Of a stretch of 64,000 nucleotides of DNA, positions 1 to 8,790 are shown one piece after another. The stretch lies in the NCBI GenBank assembly GCA_963790025.1, contig CAWBMP010000003.1:64001-128000 (forward strand), in the 5' to 3' direction. The position numbers and the translations under genes were made by a program. The number at the start of each line of letters is the position of its first letter. Position 1 is the first letter of the stretch. Below the pieces are notes generated by a model. That model was not told where the DNA came from. It saw only the letters and a program-made list of their open reading frames with translations, and did not search any database. The DNA comes from Nitrospirota bacterium (lineage in GTDB: Bacteria; Nitrospirota; Thermodesulfovibrionia; Thermodesulfovibrionales; Dissulfurispiraceae).

Positions 1-1
1 G

Positions 2-691
2 GACAATCTTAGCATAGGTTACAGCGGTCAGCCCGTGTTGTCAGGCATTTCGCTCTCTATTGCCCGCTCCACTTTTACCGGGATTCTTGGCGCGAACGGT
101 TCGGGCAAATCGACCTTGCTCAAGACAGTTCTTGGACTGATTCCTCCAATAGCGGGCCGAATCGAAACCGTATCAGCCGGATCGCCGCTCGTTTTCGGTT
201 ATGTTCCGCAATTCATTCATTTCGACCCGATGTATCTGCTCACGGCATTTGACGTTGCACTTATGGGCGTGTATGGGCGTGTGAGGCCGGGGTGTTTTGT
301 GCCCTCGGCTGAACGTTCATTCACGCGCGAATGCCTGCGGGCCGCGGGTGCTGAAGATTTTGCCCGGAAATGCTTTGCCGAACTCTCCGGCGGCCAGAAG
401 CAGCGCGTGCTTATCGCCCGCGCACTGACAACGCGCCCGGACATACTGGTGCTGGATGAGCCGACTGCCGGTGTGGACCGTGAGGCATCGCATACAGTAA
501 TGGAATTCATTTCGCAGATCAGCAAGGAGAAGAGAATTGCAGTACTGCTCGTCACTCACGATTTTGCTGCAGTGCGTCATCACGCTGATCAAGTCATTTG
601 GATTCACGAGGGAAACATTCTCCATGGCGCAGCTCATGAACTTCTCAAGGGCGAGCGGATGGCGGAAATATTTGGAATGGAGGTCTGCTGA
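2..691 (+). CDS. Metal (Zn/Mn) ABC transporter ATP-binding protein, ZnuC-like, 5'-partial
   Basis: Walker A GANGSGKST, LSGGQKQR signature, LVLDEPT Walker B, LVTHD; the frame is open to the window edge (DNLSIGYSGQPVL). Confidence 0.9.
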   Translation, partial: DNLSIGYSGQPVLSGISLSIARSTFTGILGANGSGKSTLLKTVLGLIPPIAGRIETVSAGSPLVFGYVPQFIHFDPMYLLTAFDVALMGVYGRVRPGCFVPSAERSFTRECLRAAGAEDFARKCFAELSGGQKQRVLIARALTTRPDILVLDEPTAGVDREASHTVMEFISQISKEKRIAVLLVTHDFAAVRHHADQVIWIHEGNILHGAAHELLKGERMAEIFGMEVC

Positions 692-692
692 C

Positions 693-1574
693 ATGGAAAC
701 GTTGCAACAGATTCTCTCGCCCGATTTTCTCTTGCTTAACTCTGTTTATACCAGCGTGCTTGTCGGTTTCTCCTGTCCACTCGTCGGCGTTTTTCTCGTG
801 ATGCGCAGGCTGGTGTTTATGGGTGTGGCTCTGCCCCAGATTTCTTCGACGGGCGTTGCTGTCGCCCTATCTCTTCCTTTGTGGTTTGGAATCGAGTTGA
901 CCGATTACGGCTCCCACAGCGCTCACGGTCTTGCCTTTGCCGGCTCGATCATATTCTCTATGGCCGCGATCCTGGCTCTGGCATTTCTGGAACGGCGCGG
1001 ACGCGGTCAGCCTGAAGGCCGTCTCGGTACCGCTTATGTCGTGGCCGCTGCATTGAGCATCATATTGCTGTCAAAAAATCCTCACGGCGAACTTGGCTGG
1101 CTCGACATGCTGAAAGGGGAGGTCATCGCCATATCAGATTTCGACCTTATTCTGACGGCGGCAACGCTGGCGCTTATAATCAGCGTATTGGGACTTTTCC
1201 ATAAGGAATTGCTTCTGGTGTCATTCGACCGGGAGATGGCGATTGTACTTCGCAAGAACGTAGTTTTCTGGGATGTGCTGCTTTATGTGCTGATCGGACT
1301 CACCGTCTCGATGGCAGTCCTGAGTGTCGGCCCGCTCATCGCTTTTGGATTTTTGCTGATACCTGCACTTACGGCTCATCTGGTAGCGCGCAACATGCGT
1401 CAGTTTACAGTGCTCGCGTCTTTGATCGGTGCAATGGCGGCATTCCTCGGCTTCTGGATAGCATACAAATGGGATATGCCCGTCGGCCCCACGGATGTAG
1501 TGCTCCTCGGGGTGCTTTACGCAACGGCGTGGATTGTAGACAGGCTTCTCCCATCAGGCTTACGATACTCATGA
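693..1574 (+). CDS. Metal ABC transporter permease (ZnuB/ABC-3 family)
   Basis: Hydrophobic protein with GVFLVMRRLVFMG, KELLLVSFDRE and LLIPALTA motifs; ATG at 693 after GGAGG, directly after the ATPase stop. Confidence 0.88.
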   Translation: METLQQILSPDFLLLNSVYTSVLVGFSCPLVGVFLVMRRLVFMGVALPQISSTGVAVALSLPLWFGIELTDYGSHSAHGLAFAGSIIFSMAAILALAFLERRGRGQPEGRLGTAYVVAAALSIILLSKNPHGELGWLDMLKGEVIAISDFDLILTAATLALIISVLGLFHKELLLVSFDREMAIVLRKNVVFWDVLLYVLIGLTVSMAVLSVGPLIAFGFLLIPALTAHLVARNMRQFTVLASLIGAMAAFLGFWIAYKWDMPVGPTDVVLLGVLYATAWIVDRLLPSGLRYS

Positions 1575-1637
1575 AGCTTAGTAAATGAGAATAATTATAT
1601 ATTTTCCATCTGTAGCAGTATTGATTTAAAGGCAAGG

Positions 1638-1667
1638 TTGACAAAACTTATCCTTAAAGTTTATAAA
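1638..1667 (+). promoter_or_regulatory. Sigma70-type promoter for the riboswitch-cbiM transcript
   Basis: TTGACA-N18-TATAAA immediately upstream of the riboswitch. Confidence 0.6.
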
Positions 1668-1671
1668 AGAC

Positions 1672-1880
1672 GATCTCAGGTGCCGTAAGGATTAATAGGG
1701 AATCCCGTGAGGCGGTAATGCCGATTCGGGAGCGGGCCCGCCGCTGTAACCGGGGACGAAAGCCGACTGAGCCACTGGAGTGTAAACTCTGGGAAGGCCG
1801 GCAAGTAGGTGGGGGTCCCCAGAAAGTCACAGACTTTTTGGGGTACCGTTGATAATCCGGGAGCCAGAAGACCTACCTGT
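1672..1880 (+). ncRNA. Cobalamin (B12) riboswitch
   Basis: AGGTGC...TTAATAGGGAA.CCCGTG...CGGGAGC..GCCCGCCGCTGT...GCCACTGG...GGGAAGGC...GAGCCAGAAGACCTACC B12-box pattern upstream of cbiM. Confidence 0.92.
1812..1847 (+). repeat. GGGGTCCCC-hairpin palindromic element (family A) inside the riboswitch
   Basis: GGGGTCCCCAGAAAGTC-ACA-GACTTTTTGGGGT; homologous to the reverse complement of 31431-31466. Confidence 0.65.
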
Positions 1881-2021
1881 GAGACTCAGTGATATGTTGC
1901 TGATGACGGGAGCTCATTCAAGATAACCTATCGAATATCCCCCGTTTTCCATGCAACATCTCACCTATTAACCACTCCTTGCCGTGGCTGGAAGGAAAGA
2001 GGATGAAGTGAATCAGGGTGC

Positions 2022-2060
2022 AATCCTCAGGGCATTTTGCCCTGGGGATTTTTTTATTTT
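2022..2060 (+). terminator. Intrinsic terminator, probable riboswitch expression platform
   Basis: ATCCTCAGGGCA-TTT-TGCCCTGGGGAT followed by a T-tract just before the first CDS. Confidence 0.75.
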
Positions 2061-2073
2061 CAGGGGTATTGAG

Positions 2074-2352
2074 ATGGACTACAAATATTTTATCCGCTAC
2101 GACTGCAGTTTTTATCGTTGCCACAATCCTTCAGATTTGAAGTCGTGTCTCTTTTGCTGGTGTCCACTTTATCTGCTGAACTGTGATGGAGCTTTTGTCA
2201 TAAGAAACGGCATTAAAGACTGTTCAGAGTGCACCACACCGCATACGGAGGAGGGATGCAATTACGTCCTCGAAACTGTAAACAGTATTCTGGGGCAAGT
2301 AAAACTAACTTGCTCCCTTCCGGCAAATGGATTGGATGAACACTACAACTGA
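2074..2352 (+). CDS. Cysteine-rich small domain protein (cobalamin-associated)
   Basis: CSFYRCH...CLFCWCPLY...KDCSECTTPH pattern; ATG at 2074. Confidence 0.8.
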   Translation: MDYKYFIRYDCSFYRCHNPSDLKSCLFCWCPLYLLNCDGAFVIRNGIKDCSECTTPHTEEGCNYVLETVNSILGQVKLTCSLPANGLDEHYN

Positions 2353-2380
2353 AAAAGTTTAAAGTAAAAAAGGAGAAAAA

Positions 2381-3145
2381 ATGATCAAGAAATATTCAAG
2401 AACAAAAGTTAGAATAGTTGCATCAATTCTGTTAAGCTGTTTCCTTTTTGCCACCGATGCCTATGCGATGCATATTTCAGAGGGCATACTGCCGATCAAC
2501 TGGGCAGCATTATGGTTTGCGGTAGCCGCACCGTTTGTAGCATATGGATTGTACCGTCTAAAGAAAATGTCTCACGAAGATATCTCTTTCAAACCTCTGG
2601 TAGGCCTCATGGCGGCTGTGGTCTTTATCATCTCCTGCATGCCGATTCCTGTGCCTACAGCTGGTACATGCTCCCATCCATGCGGAACAGGGATGTCAGC
2701 CATACTGCTCGGTCCCCCCATCAGTATCCTGATAACCGCAGTGGCCCTGCTCATTCAGGCGCTTTTCCTCTCCCACGGTGGTCTGAGCACATGGGGAGCC
2801 AATATAGTTTCCATGGGAATAATGGGTTCATTCGCAGGTTATGGGACATTCAAGGCATTAAGGGCAATGAGGGCCAATATGGCGGTAGCGGGCTTCTTTG
2901 CAGGGTTATTTGCCGACTGGGCAACCTACCTGGGCACATCTATTATGCTTGCCGCGGGCATAAAAGGCGCCGATCCATTTATGCCTATTTTCACGAAGAT
3001 CGCAATTTCCTTTATCCCTACACAGTTTCCTCTGGGAATTCTGGAAGGCGCAATGACCGCAGGCGTCGTAGTCCTGTTAGCCAAGAGACGCCCCGACCTC
3101 CTTGTAAAAATGAAAGTTATAAAGCCTGGGGAGGTAGCGACATGA
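2381..3145 (+). CDS. cbiM: Cobalt ECF transporter substrate-binding component CbiM
   Basis: Signal peptide then MHISEG mature N-terminus; GTCSHPCG and LSHGGLSTWGAN motifs; downstream of a B12 riboswitch. Confidence 0.92.
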   Translation: MIKKYSRTKVRIVASILLSCFLFATDAYAMHISEGILPINWAALWFAVAAPFVAYGLYRLKKMSHEDISFKPLVGLMAAVVFIISCMPIPVPTAGTCSHPCGTGMSAILLGPPISILITAVALLIQALFLSHGGLSTWGANIVSMGIMGSFAGYGTFKALRAMRANMAVAGFFAGLFADWATYLGTSIMLAAGIKGADPFMPIFTKIAISFIPTQFPLGILEGAMTAGVVVLLAKRRPDLLVKMKVIKPGEVAT

Positions 3146-3278
3146 AAATTTTACGATTGCGGGCATGTTTTTAGTCATCTTGCTTATACTTTGTAATCTG
3201 TCGATTGCTGTTGCCGCTGAAGAGAAATGGACTGGTGTCGTTGACAAAGAGACGCAGGCTCTGTTAATATTTTTTTAA
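3142..3278 (+). pseudogene. Frameshifted, truncated small cobalt-transporter subunit (CbiN-like)
   Basis: ATGA overlap with the cbiM stop; after a frameshift reads TIAGMFLVILLILCNLSIAVAAEEKWTGV and then runs into a promoter; no cbiQ/cbiO follow. Confidence 0.55.
3241..3270 (+). promoter_or_regulatory. Sigma70-type promoter
   Basis: TTGACA-N18-TAATAT. Confidence 0.55.
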
Positions 3279-3337
3279 TCGGCCTGGATAGGAAATTCAG
3301 GCTAAGCATGATTTGTACTTAGATAATTTGGTACCAG

Positions 3338-3386
3338 AGCCACGAAGGCAGGCGCTATGAAGGCGCAGTTTTCGTGGCTTTTTTAT
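3338..3386 (+). terminator. Terminator/attenuator hairpin upstream of the TonB receptor gene
   Basis: AGCCACGAA...TTCGTGGCT followed by a T-tract. Confidence 0.65.
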
Positions 3387-3706
3387 TCAGCGAGATGATC
3401 GCGTGCATAAAAAAATTATTAAGAGGGGCAGGTGATAAGTTTGGCGAAGGCATGGCCAGCCGGAGCTTTTACCAAAGTTTCACGTTATTGTCACATTTTC
3501 GTAACAACTAGTATTGTATACTCCCATGCTGCACAAACGCCTGATAAATGACAACATCCGGCTGATAGAGTCAACTAATGGGAGTTGTAGTATACGCCTG
3601 CCACACAGGAAATCGTCATACATAGTTTTTGCAGCAAGTTGCCGATTTGCTTTTGTCAGAAACATAGGGGTTTGGGATATTTACTTTTCAGGGGAGGTAT
3701 TTGTGT

Positions 3707-5836
3707 ATGGTAATGCGATGTCACAATAGGACGAGAAAAATTATTCGAGGCAGTTTAAGGCTGTTTATAGTGTTGTCCAGTATTCTGTTTTCATCAGTGG
3801 CATATGCCGGGGGCATCCAGACACTGGATGTAGTAGAGGTAACTGACACCACCGAAAACCTGGTAGGCGTCGCTGATTCTGCAAATGAGGGAACTATCCT
3901 CAGGGAACAAATCGAATCCCGACCGGCATACCGGAATGGAGAATTATTGGAAGTAACTCCGGGGCTGATCGTAACCCAGCATAGTGGAGAAGGAAAGGCC
4001 AATCAATATTTTCTCAGGGGTGTGAATCTCGATCATGGAACGGACCTTAGGATTACAGTTGACGGCATGTTAGTCAATGAACGCACTAATGCGCATGGTC
4101 AGGGATATTCCGATACTAATTTCATGATACCGGAACTGATCAACTATATACAGTACCGGAAGGGACCTTACTATGCAGATTACGGTGATTTTTCATCTGT
4201 AGGGGCTATAGACGTCAGTTACGTCGATACGCTTAAGCAGGGGATTGCAAGCACCACGGTGGGAACATACGGCTATGAGCGCGAACTCCTTGCCGACTCA
4301 ATAAAGCTGTGGGGCGGAAACCTGCTTGGCGCCTTCGAATACGAGCATAACGATGGTCCATGGGTCAATAAAGCAGACTTCAGGAAATGGAACGGCGTAT
4401 TGCGTTACAGCATAGGGGAAGGGAAAGACCATTTAGCCTTTGCCGCAATGTTTTACTCAAGCCAGGGTAACGCCACCAATCAGACAGCCGAACGTGCGGT
4501 GGACGAAGGCGTGATATCCCGTTTCGGTACACTCGACCCGAGCGACTTCACATCTACCCGTCGCTACAGCCTATCCGGTGCATGGCAGCACACTGAAGGC
4601 AGTTCTGTTATCAAAGCCAATATATATATTATCGATAAGCATATGGAATTATTTTCCGACTTCACCTATTTCCTTGATGATCCTGTTCACGGCGATCAAT
4701 TTAACCAGTGGGACCATAGAATATCGAGCGCATTCAACGCCGGCTATACATGGAGCGGCAAGTTGCTCGGATTGGATATGGAAAATACCGTTGGTATGCA
4801 ACTACAAAATGACAATATCTTTCTCGGTCTGAACCACACCCAGGACCGGCAGATACTGCAGGTCTGGCGGGAAGACCATGTAATTGAAAGAAGCGAGTCG
4901 GCGTATTTTCAAAACACTATTCACTGGTTTGAGAAATTTCGTACTGAAATCGGTCTTCGCGGCGACTATATACAGATCAACGATTATGCTGCAACAGCGA
5001 ACTCCGGCAAGATCTCCGACAGTATGGCAAACCCCAAGTTAAGCCTGATATTTGGCCCCTGGGCCAAAACAGAGTACTTTATTAATGTGGGCGAGGGCTT
5101 TCATAGTAATGATGCCCGCAGCACTATTGACACCTCGGTGCCTGTAAGCGACCCAACAGCAGGTCCGAACCAGGCAGCAAAACCTCTTGTGCGCTCCAAA
5201 GGATGGGAGGTTGGAGCGCGTAGTGCTATCATACCGGGGCTTGAGACTGAACTGTCATTCTTTCAGTTGAATTTCGCTTCAGAACTTGAGTGGGATGGAG
5301 ACAAAGGGGAGACCTCGCCTGGTCCGCCCAGCAGGCGCACAGGCGTTGAGTTAGCTAATTATTATAAGCCGACACGCTGGCTTACGATAGACGCTGATTT
5401 TGCATATACCAGGGCACGCACCACTGTTCCGGACACGAGCAATCCCCCGTTCATAGGGAGATATATACAAAACGCGCCTGAGGGTGTAGCTTCCATAGGC
5501 GCATCGGTACATGATCTGGGTCCGTATTTCGGAACTCTGAGATTGCGCTACCTTGGCAGGTATCCGCTTGTTCAGGACGATAGCGTAACCGCGAAGCCAT
5601 CGGCCCTTCTGGAAGCGGAGGCAGGATATAAATTTACCAAGAATTTAAAGGTTGTGCTGCAGGGTTTCAACCTGCTCAACGCCAAGGCCAGCGACATTGA
5701 ATATTATTATGCTTCCAGGCTTGCAACGGAGCCTTTATCTCTTGCCACCCCTAATGGAGGATCAGGGGTAAATGATATACACTTTCACGCGGCTGAGCCC
5801 ATCAACGGTCGCCTGAGCCTAATTTATAATTTTTAA
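3707..5836 (+). CDS. TonB-dependent outer-membrane receptor, probably for Ni/Co-type metals
   Basis: Signal peptide, LDVVEVT TonB box, plug QHSGEGKANQYFLRGVNLDHGTD, C-terminal DIHFHAAEP..YNF; GGAGGT RBS before ATG 3707. Confidence 0.9.
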   Translation: MVMRCHNRTRKIIRGSLRLFIVLSSILFSSVAYAGGIQTLDVVEVTDTTENLVGVADSANEGTILREQIESRPAYRNGELLEVTPGLIVTQHSGEGKANQYFLRGVNLDHGTDLRITVDGMLVNERTNAHGQGYSDTNFMIPELINYIQYRKGPYYADYGDFSSVGAIDVSYVDTLKQGIASTTVGTYGYERELLADSIKLWGGNLLGAFEYEHNDGPWVNKADFRKWNGVLRYSIGEGKDHLAFAAMFYSSQGNATNQTAERAVDEGVISRFGTLDPSDFTSTRRYSLSGAWQHTEGSSVIKANIYIIDKHMELFSDFTYFLDDPVHGDQFNQWDHRISSAFNAGYTWSGKLLGLDMENTVGMQLQNDNIFLGLNHTQDRQILQVWREDHVIERSESAYFQNTIHWFEKFRTEIGLRGDYIQINDYAATANSGKISDSMANPKLSLIFGPWAKTEYFINVGEGFHSNDARSTIDTSVPVSDPTAGPNQAAKPLVRSKGWEVGARSAIIPGLETELSFFQLNFASELEWDGDKGETSPGPPSRRTGVELANYYKPTRWLTIDADFAYTRARTTVPDTSNPPFIGRYIQNAPEGVASIGASVHDLGPYFGTLRLRYLGRYPLVQDDSVTAKPSALLEAEAGYKFTKNLKVVLQGFNLLNAKASDIEYYYASRLATEPLSLATPNGGSGVNDIHFHAAEPINGRLSLIYNF

Positions 5837-5847
5837 AACAAAGGAGT

Positions 5848-6507
5848 GTGAGCATGCAAAATCTTTTCACAGCAGTCAAGGCCCTGCAGTTCGGGGGTAT
5901 GGCTATCTACCCACTTTTGCTTCTTGGGATAATTGCCCTGTCAGTTTGTCTGGACAAAGCATTCATTTACTGGCGCTTTGCCCGTTTGTCCGCCGCCACG
6001 CTGACACTGGTGGAGACCTATCGGTTTGGATGGGGGGACCTGGAACAGCAGATGGCCTCTTTTATTCCCGGCAATTGCTTCGGACGTTTCTTTCGGGTGA
6101 TCCTGGATAACCGGGGCAACCCTGCATGGTGGGTTGAATCCCGTGCTGCTGACGAGGCGCAGTTGATAGAGAAGTCCTTAAGCAGGGGGCTGTGGGTACT
6201 GGAGACAATTGTTACGGCGGCACCGCTCCTCGGGCTGGTCGGGACAATCATCGGCATGATGGAATCGTTTAAGTTGATTGGAGGCAGTGGGCTTGTAAAC
6301 CCAACCGGGATTACCGGGGGCGTAGCCCAGGCCCTTATCGCAACGACACTCGGCCTGATCATCGCTCTTATCGCATTGTTCGCATTCAACTTCTTTGCTC
6401 ATCTGCAATCCAGGACAATGGATGAGATGGAGCGTCTTGGCACCCGCCTGATAGACCATATAAGGATGGACCAGGAAAAAAACGGAGTTACACATGAAAC
6501 TGCGTAG
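5848..6507 (+). CDS. exbB: MotA/TolQ/ExbB proton channel protein
   Basis: TAAPLLGLVGTIIGM and GVAQALIATTLGL motifs. Confidence 0.9.
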   Translation: MSMQNLFTAVKALQFGGMAIYPLLLLGIIALSVCLDKAFIYWRFARLSAATLTLVETYRFGWGDLEQQMASFIPGNCFGRFFRVILDNRGNPAWWVESRAADEAQLIEKSLSRGLWVLETIVTAAPLLGLVGTIIGMMESFKLIGGSGLVNPTGITGGVAQALIATTLGLIIALIALFAFNFFAHLQSRTMDEMERLGTRLIDHIRMDQEKNGVTHETA

Positions 6508-6898
6508 GTCGCGGCAGGCCAGGCGCGGACGCATAGAGATCATACCTATGATCGACGTAATGTTTTTTCTTCTCGCAACTTTTATACTTGCATCGCTTTC
6601 ATTTCAAAATCTCCATTCCCTGCCGGTCAATCTGCCCCGGGGCAAAGCGGCCCCGATGCAGGCCAAAACACCTATAACGTTGACTATCAACAGGAATAAC
6701 GCAATCCTTCTGGACGGCAAGCAAGTAACTCTCGACACTATAGCGGCAACCTTAACGCCCATGTTACAGGGCGACAACAAGCAGATTGTAGTAGCCGCAG
6801 ACAGTGCCGCACTGGAGGGCGTAGTGGTGCAGGCCATGCTTCGTGCCCGAAGCGTTGGGGTGGAACATTTCATAATTGCTGTGAAGTACAATGAATAG
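6494..6898 (+). CDS. exbD: Biopolymer transporter ExbD
   Basis: IEIIPMIDVMFFLLATF, VNLP and AAD motifs. Confidence 0.9.
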   Translation: MKLRRSRQARRGRIEIIPMIDVMFFLLATFILASLSFQNLHSLPVNLPRGKAAPMQAKTPITLTINRNNAILLDGKQVTLDTIAATLTPMLQGDNKQIVVAADSAALEGVVVQAMLRARSVGVEHFIIAVKYNE

Positions 6899-7610
6899 AT
6901 TTGCTATAAAACCTGCCGATATCGACAATCTTTGGCACCGCCTGCCCTGGGTGCTGCTAACGTCGCTGGTGCTATGGGTAATACTCCTTTGGGGATTCGG
7001 CCTGGTGTTAAAACATATTACTGAAGAGGAACATCCACTGAAGCCCATAACTGCAGAATTGATTGAACTGCATCCACCGGTGCAGCATTTTGCTGTCCCT
7101 TTTTCCACCGAAGCCAGGACGGTCCCCAAAACGATCCCGCCTCAAGTGCCTGCTCCTGCACAGAAAACTGTAATGCAGACATCCAGCCAGAAATCGGCAC
7201 TATCTTCGATCCCGGCCGTTTCTCTCCCTGGAACAAACATGCCGTCCGGGAATCAAGTTCTTCCATATAACGTGCCATCCGGCTTGAAGTCCAATGCGAA
7301 GAGCGCGCAAGGCTCCGGCGAGTCTATCACACCGCCTCAATTTGGACCTGCTTATTTTAACAACCCAAAACCTGCGTATCCCGCTTTCGCCAGGCGAATG
7401 GGAATTCAGGGGACGGTGATGCTCAAGGTGCTGGTAAGTCGGGAAGGATTTTCGCTCAAGGTCCAGTTGGCCCAATCTTCCGGTTTTGAAATTTTGGACA
7501 ATGCTGCTGCCGAAACAGTAAAAACCTGGCGTTTTGTTCCTGCACGCCGGGGAGACTTGCCGGTGGATGAATGGGTGCAGGTCCCAGTGGCATTTCACTT
7601 AAACAGATGA
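6891..7610 (+). CDS. tonB: Energy transducer TonB
   Basis: N-terminal TM, Pro-rich linker, C-terminal YPAFARRMGIQGTV...SSG..ILD.AA...WRFVPA. Confidence 0.9.
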   Translation: MNRFAIKPADIDNLWHRLPWVLLTSLVLWVILLWGFGLVLKHITEEEHPLKPITAELIELHPPVQHFAVPFSTEARTVPKTIPPQVPAPAQKTVMQTSSQKSALSSIPAVSLPGTNMPSGNQVLPYNVPSGLKSNAKSAQGSGESITPPQFGPAYFNNPKPAYPAFARRMGIQGTVMLKVLVSREGFSLKVQLAQSSGFEILDNAAAETVKTWRFVPARRGDLPVDEWVQVPVAFHLNR

Positions 7611-7648
7611 GTTGGATTTTGTAAAAAAACACGATGAGTAAGGAACCC

Positions 7649-8075
7649 TCAAAAATATTTCTCCCCTTCCATAAGGGCTTCGCGGGTAATAACATAGCTG
7701 TTTCTCTGCAACGTTCCCTTTAACGGGATTGGATAACAACTTCCGATCCCAGTCTGTAAACTGTCTATGGGCCAACGTTCATCGCAAGATTCTGCATTTC
7801 ATGTATCCTTCTTCAAAGCGAAAACCTGTCTTTTGGGGGTAACATTCCCTGCATGCGTTGAAATATGCCTGAATTTCGCCATTCACTTTTACAAGAAAAA
7901 AACTGATCTTTTTACTGTCGACAGACAAAGTGTAAAACTGTGGCTGCTTTGACTTCAGGGCGATCACATCTATTGCAGAGGTGTGTCCATTGAAAGGCGC
8001 CAGAATGCATGAGGGACCCTTATCACAGGAGCATATAATGCACATAAGGCTTGCAAGGACCAATAAAGGCTTCAT
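7649..8075 (-). pseudogene. DUF2318-like Cys-rich (Fe-S) lipoprotein, frameshifted
   Basis: NACRECY...MKCR, then one extra A; the next frame continues SCDERWPIDSLQTGIGSCYPIPLKG..REALMEGEKYF*, matching the intact paralog at 20306-20731. Confidence 0.8.
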
Positions 8076-8339
8076 GAGCAATTCTAATATGTTATGCCGG
8101 TGTATATCAACGGTTTCCTGCTCATAATTATTAGTTTATAACAAAATCGTAAGTTTAGGTGTCAAGCCAATTTAGAAATGTCCTATTTTTACCAAAATAG
8201 AAATGTCCGGTTTTTACGCTGCTGCTTTCCTCAACCTTTTCCTCAACACTTGATATTTGCCATGCAGCTGGCGCTGCTCTTTCAGGACAGGCAGATATTC
8301 TCGGCGTGTCCGGCTGTCCGCCTGCATCCATTCTCTTTG

Positions 8340-8720
8340 AGAGTGACTTTATTTATACTTCTGTTGTTTCTTCTTTCTCTTGGCGCTTTCAACCGTTATA
8401 TCAACGTCCCTCTCCTGCGTCAGTGGGCCGGACGGCCTTTGAAAAAAAGAGACGTTATCAGTTCTCTGTCGCTTAATATTTACAGGCGCATGAAACAAAG
8501 CGAGGATGGACGCCTGTTTGCCTTCCGGTTCATGCGCAGAGTGAAAATAGAAGCCTTCCTGATTGTCATCGTGCTGCTGTGCGCCGCCTTGCTCCGGCAT
8601 GAAATGCCTTCTCGTCACATGGCAATGGCCCACCATGAACATTCAGGAGGAGGGGGGATGACTACCCAACAGCCACATAAGGCCGATGAAATGCATGATC
8701 ATATGGACCATCATCACTGA
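8340..8720 (+). pseudogene. C-terminal fragment of a CopD-like copper membrane protein with a His/Met tail
   Basis: LLSLGAFNRY...RRVKIEAFLIVIVLLCAALLRHEMP..HHEH..MHDHMDHHH resembles the last two CopD helices; no credible N-terminal part or RBS. Confidence 0.55.
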
Positions 8721-8790
8721 GTACCGGATTTACAGATTTGTATCGAGAAGACTTACATAAGGGAAGGGACATGGGGTCCCCGAACGTGGA

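Noticed and set aside
3589..3621. GTATAC...TCATAC as an E. coli-type NikR operator
   Set aside because: Half-site spacing is 20 nt rather than 16, and the left half-site is imperfect.
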